64,000 nucleotides of DNA from Vulcanimicrobiota bacterium (GTDB lineage: Bacteria; Vulcanimicrobiota; Vulcanimicrobiia; Vulcanimicrobiales; Vulcanimicrobiaceae). The translations under genes and the position numbers were made by a program. Below, piece by piece: positions 1-11,244 of the stretch (positions are counted from its first letter, which is position 1; each line of letters opens with the position of its first letter). Under the pieces are notes generated by a model. It saw nothing but the letters and a program-made list of their open reading frames with translations, made no database searches and was not told where the DNA came from. Location of the stretch: contig CAWCIZ010000001.1 in assembly GCA_963795855.1 (NCBI GenBank), positions 416,001 through 480,000 on the forward strand, in the 5' to 3' direction.

Positions 1-321
1 GAGAATGACGACGAGGCGATCGCCCTCCGCAAAATGCTCGCACAGTTTGAGCGCGTCCGCAATTCCGCCTTCACCTTCCTGGTAGGTGTAGAAGATGTCT
101 TTGAGGCCGAAGTCGCGGCCATTGCCCAGCAGACGTAAGAAATCACCCGCGGAGTTGCCGCCGGTAACGATCATGATGTCCGTGATGCCGGCGCGGACGA
201 GCGTTTCGATTGGATAATAGATCATCGGCTTGTCGTAAATCGGCAGCAAATGTTTGTTCGTAACCTTTGTCAGCGGGCGAAGGCGCGAGCCCAGACCGCC
301 TGCGAGAATAACGCCCTTCAT
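1..321 (-). CDS. rmlA: glucose-1-phosphate thymidylyltransferase (5' part; runs off window edge)
   Basis: Manual translation of the minus strand from ATG 321: MKGVILAGGLGSRLRPLTKVTNKHLLPIYDKPMIYYP, the NTP-transferase signature. Not in the ORF track. Confidence 0.9.
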   Translation of the reverse strand, partial: MKGVILAGGLGSRLRPLTKVTNKHLLPIYDKPMIYYPIETLVRAGITDIMIVTGGNSAGDFLRLLGNGRDFGLKDIFYTYQEGEGGIADALKLCEHFAEGDRLVVIL

Positions 322-400
322 ACCTACCTTTTCATCGCCGGAAACGGCTTGCGAGTTGAGCGTGCGGGGATTGCGCCCGTGCCGTCCGAACCGAAGCGCA

Positions 401-1261
401 ATGCCTGGACAAGCGCTGCGCACGGTCGTCCCCGTCCTCGGAATGCACCGCTCGGGAACCTCGCTGACCACCGGCATTCTGAATGCGCTCGGCGTCTCGC
501 TCAGCGAAGATCTCATGCCGGCAACGCAAGCCAATGCCATCGGCTACTTTGAATCGCTCGGTATCACGGCTATCCACGATCACCTGCTTGCGACGCTTGG
601 CAGCTCTTGGCACGGCAGCGAAACGCTCAAACCGTTTGCGTCGCAGTGGTGGCGCAGGCCGGACGTGCTTGCGATAAAGGAACGCCTGAAGGCAGTGGTC
701 ACCGACGAAATGAGCCGCGTGCCGGGAATGTGGGGCTTCAAAGATCCGCGAACCGCGCGGCTTTTACCGCTGTGGAACGAGATCTTTACCGAACTGCAAC
801 TGGAGCCGCGCTTCGTTTTGGTCGGGCGGCATCCGTTGGACGTGGCAAAATCGCTGCAGACACGCGACGGCCTGAACCCGTTTTACTCCGAACTGCTCTG
901 GCTCGAGCACACCGCCGACGCCGTGTCGTACTCCAAAAAACGCGCCTGCGCCATCGTCGAATATAGCCGCTGGTTCGAAAATCCAATCGGCGAAGCGGAG
1001 TACCTCATTTCATCGCTCGGATTGCAGCGTCCGGACACCAGCGTGCTGCAGAACGCGCTCGGCCGGTACGTGTCGAACGAGTTGCGGCACCACGCGTCAA
1101 CGGACGAGAATTACGCGCTGCCCTATTCGCGCGACATGTATCAAGCATTGCTGCGCCGGGACCGCGCCGGCCTCGAAATGCTTGCGGAGCTGTTTGCGGT
1201 AACGTCGGCCTTTACGGCGCGCGTCGTCAACTTCGCGCTGCAGTCGGCGGTCCCGAAATGA
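401..1261 (+). CDS. sulfotransferase-family (P-loop) protein
   Basis: VLGMHRSGTS PAPS-binding-like motif, WGFKDPRT and RHPLDVAKSL. Start moved to ATG 401 because the longer ORF overlaps rmlA. Confidence 0.8.
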   Translation: MPGQALRTVVPVLGMHRSGTSLTTGILNALGVSLSEDLMPATQANAIGYFESLGITAIHDHLLATLGSSWHGSETLKPFASQWWRRPDVLAIKERLKAVVTDEMSRVPGMWGFKDPRTARLLPLWNEIFTELQLEPRFVLVGRHPLDVAKSLQTRDGLNPFYSELLWLEHTADAVSYSKKRACAIVEYSRWFENPIGEAEYLISSLGLQRPDTSVLQNALGRYVSNELRHHASTDENYALPYSRDMYQALLRRDRAGLEMLAELFAVTSAFTARVVNFALQSAVPK

Positions 1262-2853
1262 CGTTTGAACAATTGGTGAAAAGCGTCGAAGATCTCCAGG
1301 ACGTATCAGCAGAGCAAATCGCGGATTTTTTGCATGCACCGGATGCCTCGACGCGTCTGACCGCACGTGGTGCGCTTGCACGCAGCAGCATACGGCGCGC
1401 CCTCGAGGCTTGCGGCGATCTCGCACGCGAGCAAGCCTACGGGGACCAGTCGACGCTCACCGCCATTCAGCGGTTGGTGACGATTTCCGATTGGGACGAG
1501 CCGTACATCGAAACGTTGAAACAATTGGGCATTCAGGCCGCGGACAAGGGAAACGTAAACGCCGCTTTGGGCTACCTGCAAGAGGCGGTGTTTCGCGGCT
1601 TTTCCTCCGGCCAGCGGCGCGACGTGCGCTCCAGGCACGCGATGCGGTACGCGCATGACGAGGAAATCGATGCGGCAATCGAACGCCTCGCGCGAAACTT
1701 CGCATCACCGCCTTTTCGCATGCCGCCCGCACGTCTGAAACTGACCGCGTTGTGCACTGCACTGGCCGACGAAGACGGGCCTACCGTGCTGACGGTGAAA
1801 CGCGCCGTGTATTTTCGGGACGAAGGGTTCGACGTTGAAATCGTTTCGACGGAGGTTGGCTCCAGCGCGGGAACCAACATGGCCGCACGCGTGCGCGCGT
1901 TGGGCATTCCATTCGTCATGACGCCCGCAGGATCGTGGGAAGAGCGAATTCGCTGGCTGATTACGTATTTTGCGCAGCACCCCACGGACGTCATGGTGTA
2001 CATGACTTCAGCGCAGGATTGCCTCGCGAAACTCGCGGCATGCGTTGGACTGGCGCCCGTGCAATCTTGGGACGTTCGCGCGCTGGAACCCGAAACCGGA
2101 AAATTCGACCTCATCAATCACGGGTTGAGCAAGGACCAAGAAGTCAATACGAAATGGCCGGGCATCGCGCGCTGCACCGGCCCGGGACACGCGATGGCGG
2201 AAGAAGTCGCCGCGGCGCAGCCGTACTCCCGAGCAGAACTCGGCTTTCCGCCGGACTCAATCTTACTGGCGACGTTCGGCCGAATGGAAAAGGGCAACAC
2301 GCCCGTTTATCTCGAGGCCACCGCCGCTATCTTACGTTCGCATCCCAGCGCGCGGCTTCTGTTGGCGGGGCCCGATTCGTTCAACGTCATCCCGGTTATG
2401 GTTCAGTACTACGCGAAGTACGGCGTCGCCGATCGCGTCCACTATTTGGGCAGGCGCCAAAGCGACGGACCGCGGCTCGTGAAAAGCGTCGATCTGTACT
2501 GCGAAACCTATCCATGGCCGGGAGGTCAAAGTCTCTTCGACGCAATGGAAGCGGGTCGCCCGGTAGTTGCAATGAAACGCTCCGACGACCGCGACTTGGA
2601 TCCCACCGGCACTGGCGCGACGACTTCCGTGGCGGACATCGTGCTGACGGGCGTGGTTCCCCTGGCCGCGCCGGGGAACGTCAAAGAGTACGTCTCTATC
2701 GCCGCCGCGTACTTGTCCGATCCGGCTCTGCGCGCACGGGACGGCGCGCTATTGCAAGAGAAGGTGCGGCGCGATTGCAATCTGCGCGCCGGAACTGCAA
2801 CGTACGGCGAGTATCTCCGCGAAATCAGCGCCCGGAAGGCGCAGCCCGCATGA
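1258..2853 (+). CDS. GT-B glycosyltransferase (GT4/GT41-like C-terminus) with helical N-terminal region
   Basis: FGRMEK and DLYCETYPWPGGQSLFDAMEAGRPVV resemble the D-x-FP-x-GG-x3-EA motif of SPINDLY/OGT-like enzymes. ATGA overlap with the upstream gene. Confidence 0.7.
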   Translation: MTFEQLVKSVEDLQDVSAEQIADFLHAPDASTRLTARGALARSSIRRALEACGDLAREQAYGDQSTLTAIQRLVTISDWDEPYIETLKQLGIQAADKGNVNAALGYLQEAVFRGFSSGQRRDVRSRHAMRYAHDEEIDAAIERLARNFASPPFRMPPARLKLTALCTALADEDGPTVLTVKRAVYFRDEGFDVEIVSTEVGSSAGTNMAARVRALGIPFVMTPAGSWEERIRWLITYFAQHPTDVMVYMTSAQDCLAKLAACVGLAPVQSWDVRALEPETGKFDLINHGLSKDQEVNTKWPGIARCTGPGHAMAEEVAAAQPYSRAELGFPPDSILLATFGRMEKGNTPVYLEATAAILRSHPSARLLLAGPDSFNVIPVMVQYYAKYGVADRVHYLGRRQSDGPRLVKSVDLYCETYPWPGGQSLFDAMEAGRPVVAMKRSDDRDLDPTGTGATTSVADIVLTGVVPLAAPGNVKEYVSIAAAYLSDPALRARDGALLQEKVRRDCNLRAGTATYGEYLREISARKAQPA

Positions 2854-2860
2854 CGCGTCT

Positions 2861-3646
2861 CTAGCCTTGATTGGCTTTGTACAAGCGGCTTTCAGGCGCG
2901 ACGTAATACTGATCGAGTGACGTGGGCATTCGCACGTCGAAGCCCAGAAACCGGCGTACGCGCTCGCTCAGGACCGCAGCCGTCTCGGCCCCGATCATGC
3001 GCGGATAGTCGAACTGCTGCCGCATATACGACCGGCAAACGTTCATCGTCACGGCGTGGCGATACGTCGCGGTGCGGTTTACGCCTCCGCGATGCCACGT
3101 TCTCGCGTTGAAGACGATTGCATCGCCCGCTCGAGGATATGCTCGCTGCGCCGCGCTTTCGAATTCCGCTTGCGTCGGAGTCGTCTCCATCCGGAATGAC
3201 GCCGGCAGCAACTCCATGGCGCCGTTGTCATCGGTAAAATCGGTGAGCGCCAGCGTTATGCCGACGTTGGTGATGTACCCCGGAATGACTCGCGGAGAAT
3301 CGACGTGGATGCGGCGGGAATAGTTCGTTCCGTCCGGCGGCATGCTCGAAGAGGTGTATGCGTAGAGAATGCACGTGCTCGTGAGCAGGGGCGTCAAGAA
3401 AGCGTGGATCACCTCATTGTCGAGCAGATGCATGAAAGGCTCGCCGCGCAGCATGAGGTTCATGACCATGTGCGCGCCGGTGTATTCGCGGCCGCGCCAG
3501 CCGTCCAAATCTTCCGCTATCGCGCGCTCGAGCGCCGCTTTCAGCCGCTCGATTTGGGCGCGCTCGACGACGTTTCGAGCGATCGTGAAGCCGTTGCGCT
3601 CTATTTCATCGATCTGCGCCGGCAACGCCTTGGGTGCGGCAATCAT
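2861..3646 (-). CDS. phytanoyl-CoA dioxygenase family (Fe(II)/2-oxoglutarate) protein
   Basis: NGFTIARNV start, HVD motif, GDAIVFNARTWHRGG. ATG 3646 overlaps the upstream stop. Confidence 0.85.
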   Translation of the reverse strand: MIAAPKALPAQIDEIERNGFTIARNVVERAQIERLKAALERAIAEDLDGWRGREYTGAHMVMNLMLRGEPFMHLLDNEVIHAFLTPLLTSTCILYAYTSSSMPPDGTNYSRRIHVDSPRVIPGYITNVGITLALTDFTDDNGAMELLPASFRMETTPTQAEFESAAQRAYPRAGDAIVFNARTWHRGGVNRTATYRHAVTMNVCRSYMRQQFDYPRMIGAETAAVLSERVRRFLGFDVRMPTSLDQYYVAPESRLYKANQG

Positions 3647-4467
3647 CTTACGCAAACGAAGCGCAGATACTTGTAGAGCGAAGCCGATAGAGGAAGCACG
3701 CGGCGCAGGTAGGCGTCGACGAGGGTCATCGCTTCTTCGGATTGTCCGTGCAGAATCGCGCCTTGACCGGCGTACCAATCGAACGTGATTTCACAAGACG
3801 AGAACCCGCACGCGAGAGCATCGCGTTGGAACTCGTAAGGGTCGAAGCCGCCCATGACCGATTTTATCGGTTCCGCATCTTTGAACGTTTGACTGGCGAT
3901 CCCGAACTCGCGTTCCACCGAATCGTCCGTATGCAGAACCGAATCGACCTCGCGCAGGAGGATATCGGAGTGCACGGCGCCGTGACGCTCCAGTTGGACC
4001 ATCGCTTGCCAGAAGAGTTTGTTCGGCTCCAGATCGATGTAGAAGAGACCGCCGGGACGCAGGACGCGCGCAACTTCGGAAAGGATGCGTTTGTGATCTT
4101 CGACATGATGCATGAACGCATAGGAGCTCGCCATGTCGAAGGTGCCGTCCTCGAACGGAATCGCCTCGGCGGCTGCCGTGTGGACTCTGATCCGGCCTTT
4201 TGACGTGTCTACACGCGAGAGCATTGCGGGCGTTATGTCGATCGCGTCGATCGAATCGAAGAGATCGTGAGCCAATCCGACGATAAACCCCGTGCCGCAT
4301 CCGACGTCCAGCAAACGCCCTCTGCCGGCGCGGGCCGAGAGCGCCTCCAAGACGCCTCGCACTTTACGCCGGTTTTCCGGCCGGAAATGCGGCTCGTCGC
4401 TGTCGTACCGATCGGCCATGCGTGTATGGACTTCGATGTTCGCTTCAAGCGTTTTCGTTAATTCCAC
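3643..4467 (-). CDS. class I SAM-dependent methyltransferase
   Basis: LLDVGCGTG motif I, PFEDGTFD, RVLRPGG. GTG 4467 has a GGGAG SD. Confidence 0.85.
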   Translation of the reverse strand: MELTKTLEANIEVHTRMADRYDSDEPHFRPENRRKVRGVLEALSARAGRGRLLDVGCGTGFIVGLAHDLFDSIDAIDITPAMLSRVDTSKGRIRVHTAAAEAIPFEDGTFDMASSYAFMHHVEDHKRILSEVARVLRPGGLFYIDLEPNKLFWQAMVQLERHGAVHSDILLREVDSVLHTDDSVEREFGIASQTFKDAEPIKSVMGGFDPYEFQRDALACGFSSCEITFDWYAGQGAILHGQSEEAMTLVDAYLRRVLPLSASLYKYLRFVCVR

Positions 4468-4547
4468 GTCGTAAACTCCCTGGAGAAGTATCGGCATCAG
4501 CCGGAAAGTGCATGAGCGCGCGAGCACGCCGTCGAAGGCGACCGCCG

Positions 4548-5066
4548 ATGACGGGAACGGGCAAGCTGGTGCGCCTGCGCGCGCTGCAGCCGGCAGATTA
4601 CGCGCGCTGGCTCGCGTGGATCAACGACCCGGCCGTTATGGACGGCCTCGATCGCGCGCGTCCTGCGACCTCCGAGCAGCACGAACGGTACGTTCACACA
4701 AACGTTACGGAAAATCAAAACGCCGTCTGGTTTGCCATTCAAGCCATCGACGGTGGCGATCACGTCGGCATCGTGTGGCTTTGGGATGTGAATGTCAGAC
4801 ACCGTCGCGCCGAGGTTCGCGTGCTCGTGTCGCCGCAGGCATCGAGGCGAGGATACGGCACGGAAGCGCTGGCCTTGCTGAGCCGCTACGCATTCGAAAC
4901 GATGGGCCTGCATAAACTTTACGCGTACGTCCACGAACGGAATGCGGCGTCGCGTTCGGCGTTCGAGCGCGCCGGCTTTGCGTTGGAGACGACGCTCCAC
5001 GACGAGGCATTTTGGAACGGGCGCTTTGCGGCGGTTTGGCGGTTTGCCCGTCTTTCCGGCGCCTAA
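4548..5066 (+). CDS. GNAT N-acetyltransferase (RimJ/RimL family)
   Basis: RRGYGTEAL acetyl-CoA motif and NAASRSAFERAGF. Start uncertain (4512 is an alternative). Confidence 0.85.
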   Translation: MTGTGKLVRLRALQPADYARWLAWINDPAVMDGLDRARPATSEQHERYVHTNVTENQNAVWFAIQAIDGGDHVGIVWLWDVNVRHRRAEVRVLVSPQASRRGYGTEALALLSRYAFETMGLHKLYAYVHERNAASRSAFERAGFALETTLHDEAFWNGRFAAVWRFARLSGA

Positions 5067-6214
5067 GCGCTTTCCAAAGCTTCTCGTAAAAATCCGCAAA
5101 CGCGTTCGACGTCGTCCGGTCCCATGTCGTAGAACAGCGGTAAACGCACGAGGCGCGCGCTCAAATCGTCGGTTCGGCTGAGCGATCCATGCGTGCGCCC
5201 GAACCGTTCCCCTGCGGGCGCCGAGTGCAGTGGAACGTAATGAAACAGGGCTCCGACGTTCTTTCTGCGCAGCGCGTCGAGAACGGCGTTACGCCGGCGG
5301 CCGTCATCGAGCAGCACGTAGTACAGGTGGCCGTTGTGTTCCGCTCCCGGCGGAATGAGCGGACGGCGCAATAAGCCGGCGCTCTCGAAATCCGCGAGGC
5401 GTTCGTGGTAGGCGTTCCAAAGCGCCAGGCGCCGCTGCAGCAGATCGCCGGAAACTTCTATTTGAGCCCAGAGAAACGCGGCGATGATTTCGCTGGGCAA
5501 GTACGACGAGCCGACGTCGACCCACCGGTACTTGTCCACGATGCCGCGTAGAAAGTTCGAACGGTTGGTGCCCTTTTCGCGAACGATCTCCGCTCGCTCG
5601 CGGAGTGCGGGATCGTTTACGAGCAGCGCGCCGCCCTCGCCGGAAATGACGTTTTTCGTCTCATGGAAGCTCAAAGCAGCGAGCCGTCCGAACGAGCCCA
5701 GCGGACGTCCGAGATAGTTCGCGCCGAACGCTTGCGCTGCGTCCTCGAGCAGAGACACGTCATGCCGCTGCGCAATCTCCGCGAGGCTATTCATCTCGCA
5801 CGCTACGCCCGCGTAGTGCACCGCGACGATGGCTTTCGTTTTGGCGGTGACGGCGGATTCGACGAGCGATTCGTCGATGTTGAGCGTGTCGGGCCGAATG
5901 TCCACGAACACCGGAATCGCGCCGCGCAAAACGAAAGCATTAGCCGTCGAAACGAACGTGTAAGACGGCATGATGACTTCGTCGCCGGGCCGCACGTCCA
6001 GAAGCAGCGCCATCATTTCGAGTGCTGCCGTGCACGAATGCGTCAGAAGCGCCGCATGGGCGCCGGTCGTTCGAACGAGCCACTCGTGGATGCGCTGCGT
6101 GAACGGGCCGTCGCCGGAGAGATGCGCGTTGGCGATCGCTTCTCGAAGGTAGGTGAGTTCGTTGCCGGTGACGTGCGGCGTGTTGAACGGAATTTCCGTA
6201 CGGCGTTCGATCAT
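5063..6214 (-). CDS. wecE: dTDP-4-amino-4,6-dideoxygalactose transaminase (WecE/RffA family)
   Basis: IPFN..HLSGDGPFT, SCTAALEM, SFHETKN PLP lysine, EKGTNRS, GSSYLPSE. Confidence 0.9.
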   Translation of the reverse strand: MIERRTEIPFNTPHVTGNELTYLREAIANAHLSGDGPFTQRIHEWLVRTTGAHAALLTHSCTAALEMMALLLDVRPGDEVIMPSYTFVSTANAFVLRGAIPVFVDIRPDTLNIDESLVESAVTAKTKAIVAVHYAGVACEMNSLAEIAQRHDVSLLEDAAQAFGANYLGRPLGSFGRLAALSFHETKNVISGEGGALLVNDPALRERAEIVREKGTNRSNFLRGIVDKYRWVDVGSSYLPSEIIAAFLWAQIEVSGDLLQRRLALWNAYHERLADFESAGLLRRPLIPPGAEHNGHLYYVLLDDGRRRNAVLDALRRKNVGALFHYVPLHSAPAGERFGRTHGSLSRTDDLSARLVRLPLFYDMGPDDVERVCGFLREALESA

Positions 6215-6942
6215 GACGCGTTTCGGATGAGTCCGCAGTCCGAAGCTTCGATGTACCGCGCAGACTCCGGTCCTTTCATGAAGAGCAGATCGAGCACCGA
6301 AACGGCCGATTCGTACGGCGGGTAGAGTTGCTCGTACGGTTCGTAGCCGTACGTAATGTACTCGAGCGTTATTCCGGCCTGCGCGAACTCTGCTTCGTCG
6401 ATATACGAGCGTGCAGACGGGCCGCTGATGTACTGCGTCGCCCCGATCTGCCGCAGAAGATTCAAAAGCCGGCTCGTTTTGGTCCCGGATACGTGAAAAT
6501 CCGACGACCGAACGAACCGGGTATCCCCGATGCCGAGCAGCCCCGCAATCGCAATCGTGCTCTCGATCGTGAAATCGGCGAGCAGCGCGTGATTTCGCAC
6601 ATACAGTTGCTCCAGCACATCTGCATAGCGTGCGTAGTGCGGCGCTTTTCCGTAGGAATGGCGCAAGCGTTCGAGATGTGCGCGGTTCCAACCGGATTCC
6701 GCGACCATCTCGATCTCGTTGATGGCGCGGTGTTCGAGCGTGTTGCCTTTTGCATGGACCGGAATCGTGAGCCAGCGAAGTCCCTGCGGCGTCTTTATTC
6801 TGTTGCGGTTGCGCCATCCGTGCTTGTCGTACTGGACGTCATCGTAAAACACGAAAACGTCGCTCCGCCGTATCAGGTCGAAGTAGCCGCGCCATGGAAT
6901 GTACGAGGGCTGGATGACTACCGCCGTGGTCGTGTGCGGCAC
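6211..6942 (-). CDS. WbqC-family protein
   Basis: [38 protein letters not shown] and YISGPSA, the WbqC signature. Confidence 0.9.
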   Translation of the reverse strand: MPHTTTAVVIQPSYIPWRGYFDLIRRSDVFVFYDDVQYDKHGWRNRNRIKTPQGLRWLTIPVHAKGNTLEHRAINEIEMVAESGWNRAHLERLRHSYGKAPHYARYADVLEQLYVRNHALLADFTIESTIAIAGLLGIGDTRFVRSSDFHVSGTKTSRLLNLLRQIGATQYISGPSARSYIDEAEFAQAGITLEYITYGYEPYEQLYPPYESAVSVLDLLFMKGPESARYIEASDCGLIRNAS

Positions 6943-6948
6943 GGGCTC

Positions 6949-7953
6949 CTACCTGTGCGCGTACTGGCGTTTGTAGTACGCGAGGAACTCGCCGCTTTTC
7001 AGCGGCCGCCACCAGGATTCGTTTTCGCGATACCACGCGATCGTTTCGCGCAGCCCCCGATCGAATGGAACCGCCGGCGCCCAGCCGAGCGCGCGCGACT
7101 TCGCGCAGTCGATCGCGTAGCGGCGGTCGTGGCCTTCCCGATCGGCGACGTGACGGACGTGCGTGGCCATAGAGCGCCCGCAACCCTCGAGCAGCATGCG
7201 CGTAATATCGATGTTCGTTCGCGGATTGCCGCCGCCGATATTGTACACGTTGCCGATTTCGCCGTGCTCGAGAACGTGCAGAATGCCGCGCGCGTGATCT
7301 TCGGCATGCAGCCAGTCGCGAATCTGCAACCCATCGCCGTACAGCGGCACGCTTTGGTCGTCGAGCAGATTCGTGACGAAGAGCGGAATGAGCTTCTCGG
7401 GATACTGTCGCGGACCGTACGTGTTGGAACCTCGCGTGATAAGAACGGGCGTCTCGTACGTCGTCCAATACGCGAGCACTTGAAGATCGCCGCCGGCCTT
7501 GCTGGCGCTGTACGGACTGCGCGGCTTGAGCGGGTCCGTTTCGACGGACTCGCCTTGCGACACGTCACCGTAGACCTCGTCGGTCGAGACTTGCACGTAC
7601 CGCGAAATGTGATGCCGCCGCACCGCCTCGAGCAGTACGTGCGTTCCAAGAACGTCCGTGCGCAAAAACGCTTCCGGCTCGAGGATCGATCGATCGACGT
7701 GCGTTTCCGCAGCGAAATTCACGATCGCGTCGACGCCGTCGGCGATCGCTTCCTCGACGCTCGCGGCCTCGCAGATGTCGCCTTTGACGAAGCGGTAGCG
7801 GCGATCGCCTTCGAAGGCGGCGCAATTTGCCGGATTGCCGGCATACGTCATGGCGTCGAGGTTGACGACGCGCCAGTCGGGACGCTCGCGCAGCAGCACG
7901 TGAATGAACGTCGACCCGATAAAACCGAGCCCGCCCGTGACGAGGAGACGCAT
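6949..7953 (-). CDS. rmlB: dTDP-glucose 4,6-dehydratase
   Basis: [42 protein letters not shown]. Confidence 0.95.
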   Translation of the reverse strand: MRLLVTGGLGFIGSTFIHVLLRERPDWRVVNLDAMTYAGNPANCAAFEGDRRYRFVKGDICEAASVEEAIADGVDAIVNFAAETHVDRSILEPEAFLRTDVLGTHVLLEAVRRHHISRYVQVSTDEVYGDVSQGESVETDPLKPRSPYSASKAGGDLQVLAYWTTYETPVLITRGSNTYGPRQYPEKLIPLFVTNLLDDQSVPLYGDGLQIRDWLHAEDHARGILHVLEHGEIGNVYNIGGGNPRTNIDITRMLLEGCGRSMATHVRHVADREGHDRRYAIDCAKSRALGWAPAVPFDRGLRETIAWYRENESWWRPLKSGEFLAYYKRQYAHR

Positions 7954-8046
7954 CTTTTTGTTGTTTCGGACGAAAGGCGGCGGGAACGTACCCCGGCCGC
8001 CTTACGTGCAAGCGAGCGAATCCTGACCTGCCCATGCGGGCTGATA

Positions 8047-8075
8047 CAGACAAAGCCCCCGCCCCGTGCTATACT
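8047..8075 (+). promoter_or_regulatory. sigma70-type promoter of rpsB
   Basis: CAGACA-17 bp-TATACT with extended TG (TGCTATACT 8067-8075). Confidence 0.6.
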
Positions 8076-8081
8076 CTTGCG

Positions 8082-8178
8082 GTTGTCACCATCTCGCCCC
8101 TCACGGAGGAGGGGTGTTTATGGCCTCATTCGTCCGGTGTCTCGGAGGGCGGCCGGCGAGGTCCAGAAAGGAACCGAC
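8082..8178 (+). promoter_or_regulatory. structured rpsB 5' leader, probable S2 autoregulatory (t44-like) element
   Basis: About 95 nt GC-rich leader with stem-loops, plus a GGTG...AACC pair that could form a pseudoknot. Position matches known S2 leaders; no covariance search run. Confidence 0.4.
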
Positions 8179-8970
8179 TTGTCAGTCATTTCAATGCGCG
8201 CCCTGCTCGAAGCGGGCGTCCACTTCGGCCACCAGACTCGGCGGTGGAACCCGAAGATGAAGCCGTACATCTTTCAAGAGCGTAACGGCATCTACATCAT
8301 CGACCTGGCCTTGACGGTTCAGAAGCTGCGCGAAACGTACGAAGCGGTCAAGCAGATGTCGCGCGAGGGGAAAGTCATTCTCTTCGTGGGCACCAAGAAG
8401 CAGGCGCAGGACGTAGTCAAGGAAGAGGCGGAGCGCGCCGGCACCTACTTCGTGAACCAGCGCTGGCTGGGAGGCACCCTCACGAACTTCTCGACGATCC
8501 AGAAGCGCATCGCGCGCCTCCGCGAACTCGAGAACATGAAGCAGCAAGGCGACTTCGACCGGCTTCCCAAGAAAGAGGTCGCGAAACTTGCGGACGAGAT
8601 GGCCAAGCTCGAACGCTTCCTGGGCGGCATCAAGGACATGCACCGCCTGCCCGACGCGATCTTCATCGTGGATCCGAAGAAAGAACAGATCGCGGTCAAC
8701 GAAGCGCGCAAGCTGAAGATTCCGATCATCGCAGTGATCGACACGAACTGCGATCCCGAGGAGATCGATTTCCCGATACCGGGCAACGACGACGCGATCC
8801 GCGCCGTCAAACTGATGGTCTCCAAGATTGCGGACGCAATCATCGAGGGTCGTACCGAAACGGAAAGCGCGGGCGACGTCTCCGCGTACGGGGAGCCCGA
8901 ACCGGCCGAGTCCTTTGCGCAGCCCGAGGAACCGGTCAGGACGATGGCCGAGGCCGAAGCCGGCGTCTGA
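8179..8970 (+). CDS. rpsB: 30S ribosomal protein S2
   Basis: [39 protein letters not shown] start with AAAGGA SD. Confidence 0.97.
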   Translation: MSVISMRALLEAGVHFGHQTRRWNPKMKPYIFQERNGIYIIDLALTVQKLRETYEAVKQMSREGKVILFVGTKKQAQDVVKEEAERAGTYFVNQRWLGGTLTNFSTIQKRIARLRELENMKQQGDFDRLPKKEVAKLADEMAKLERFLGGIKDMHRLPDAIFIVDPKKEQIAVNEARKLKIPIIAVIDTNCDPEEIDFPIPGNDDAIRAVKLMVSKIADAIIEGRTETESAGDVSAYGEPEPAESFAQPEEPVRTMAEAEAGV

Positions 8971-9045
8971 CGATAACGAGAGGGGGCGGCAGCCCCTTCT
9001 TCATAACGAAGAACAGCACTTTTTAAAGAAGCAACTGGAGTAAAC

Positions 9046-10432
<1,387 letters not shown>

Positions 10433-10479
10433 CAGGCGCTCCGCCACTTGTGGCTGCGCGCCGCCGCGGAGACTATACC

Positions 10480-11031
10480 ATGACTGATATGAAAGACGCA
10501 GAAGGCAAGATGCAAAAGTGCGTGGACGCCACGCGCAGCGAGTTTTCAGCGATTCGTACGGGCCGCGCGACCCCCGCGCTGCTCGATCGTCTGCACGTCG
10601 AGGCGTACGGCGCCGCCGTGCCGCTCAAGCAGGTCGCCTCCGTCAGCGTTCCCGATTCGCGTTCTCTGGTCATCATGGCGTTCGACCGGAACACGGTCGG
10701 CGAGATACGCAAAGCGATCGAGAAAAGCGACCTGGGCCTCACGCCGAACATCGACGGCAGCGCCATTCGCCTGATGATTCCGCCGCTCAACGAAGAGCGC
10801 CGCAAAGACCTGGTCAAAGTCGTCAAAAAGAAAGCCGAAGACGGCAAGATTGCGGTGCGGAACGTTCGCCACAAGCTTCACGACGATCTCAAGGTCCAAC
10901 TCAAAGAGCACAAGATCACCGAAGACGACGGCAAACGTCTTCAAGATCAGCTGCAGAAACTGACCGACAAATTCATCAAGGACATCGATCAGTTGGTGGC
11001 GGCAAAAGAAAAAGAGATCTTGGAAGTCTAG
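10480..11031 (+). CDS. frr: ribosome recycling factor
   Basis: IRTGRATP, PPLNEERRKDL, KEKEIL. Confidence 0.97.
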   Translation: MTDMKDAEGKMQKCVDATRSEFSAIRTGRATPALLDRLHVEAYGAAVPLKQVASVSVPDSRSLVIMAFDRNTVGEIRKAIEKSDLGLTPNIDGSAIRLMIPPLNEERRKDLVKVVKKKAEDGKIAVRNVRHKLHDDLKVQLKEHKITEDDGKRLQDQLQKLTDKFIKDIDQLVAAKEKEILEV

Positions 11032-11034
11032 CGC

Positions 11035-11244
11035 GTGCCGCTCGAGGATCTGGTGCTCATGCCCGAAGTGGAGGCGCGGCGCGCACTGGCCGGACAGCAG
11101 ATCGCGCTGCGCGTGCTCGCTCCCGTGGGGGCGTACGCCGGCGTCGGGCGCCTGCGAGTACTTCGCGTCAAACCCGAAGGCGGGTGCGTGGAACTCGTTT
11201 GCGGGTACGAAGCGTACGATCGCATTCCTTTAAGGCCAGAATGA
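11035..11244 (+). CDS. small hypothetical protein (weak PASTA-like pattern)
   Basis: Fills the frr-uppS gap exactly, with an ATGA overlap into uppS. Confidence 0.6.
   Translation: MPLEDLVLMPEVEARRALAGQQIALRVLAPVGAYAGVGRLRVLRVKPEGGCVELVCGYEAYDRIPLRPE

Noticed and set aside
6328..8970. 880-aa ORF ending in rpsB
   Set aside because: The N-terminal part is the antisense shadow of rmlB and wbqC; real rpsB starts at TTG 8179.
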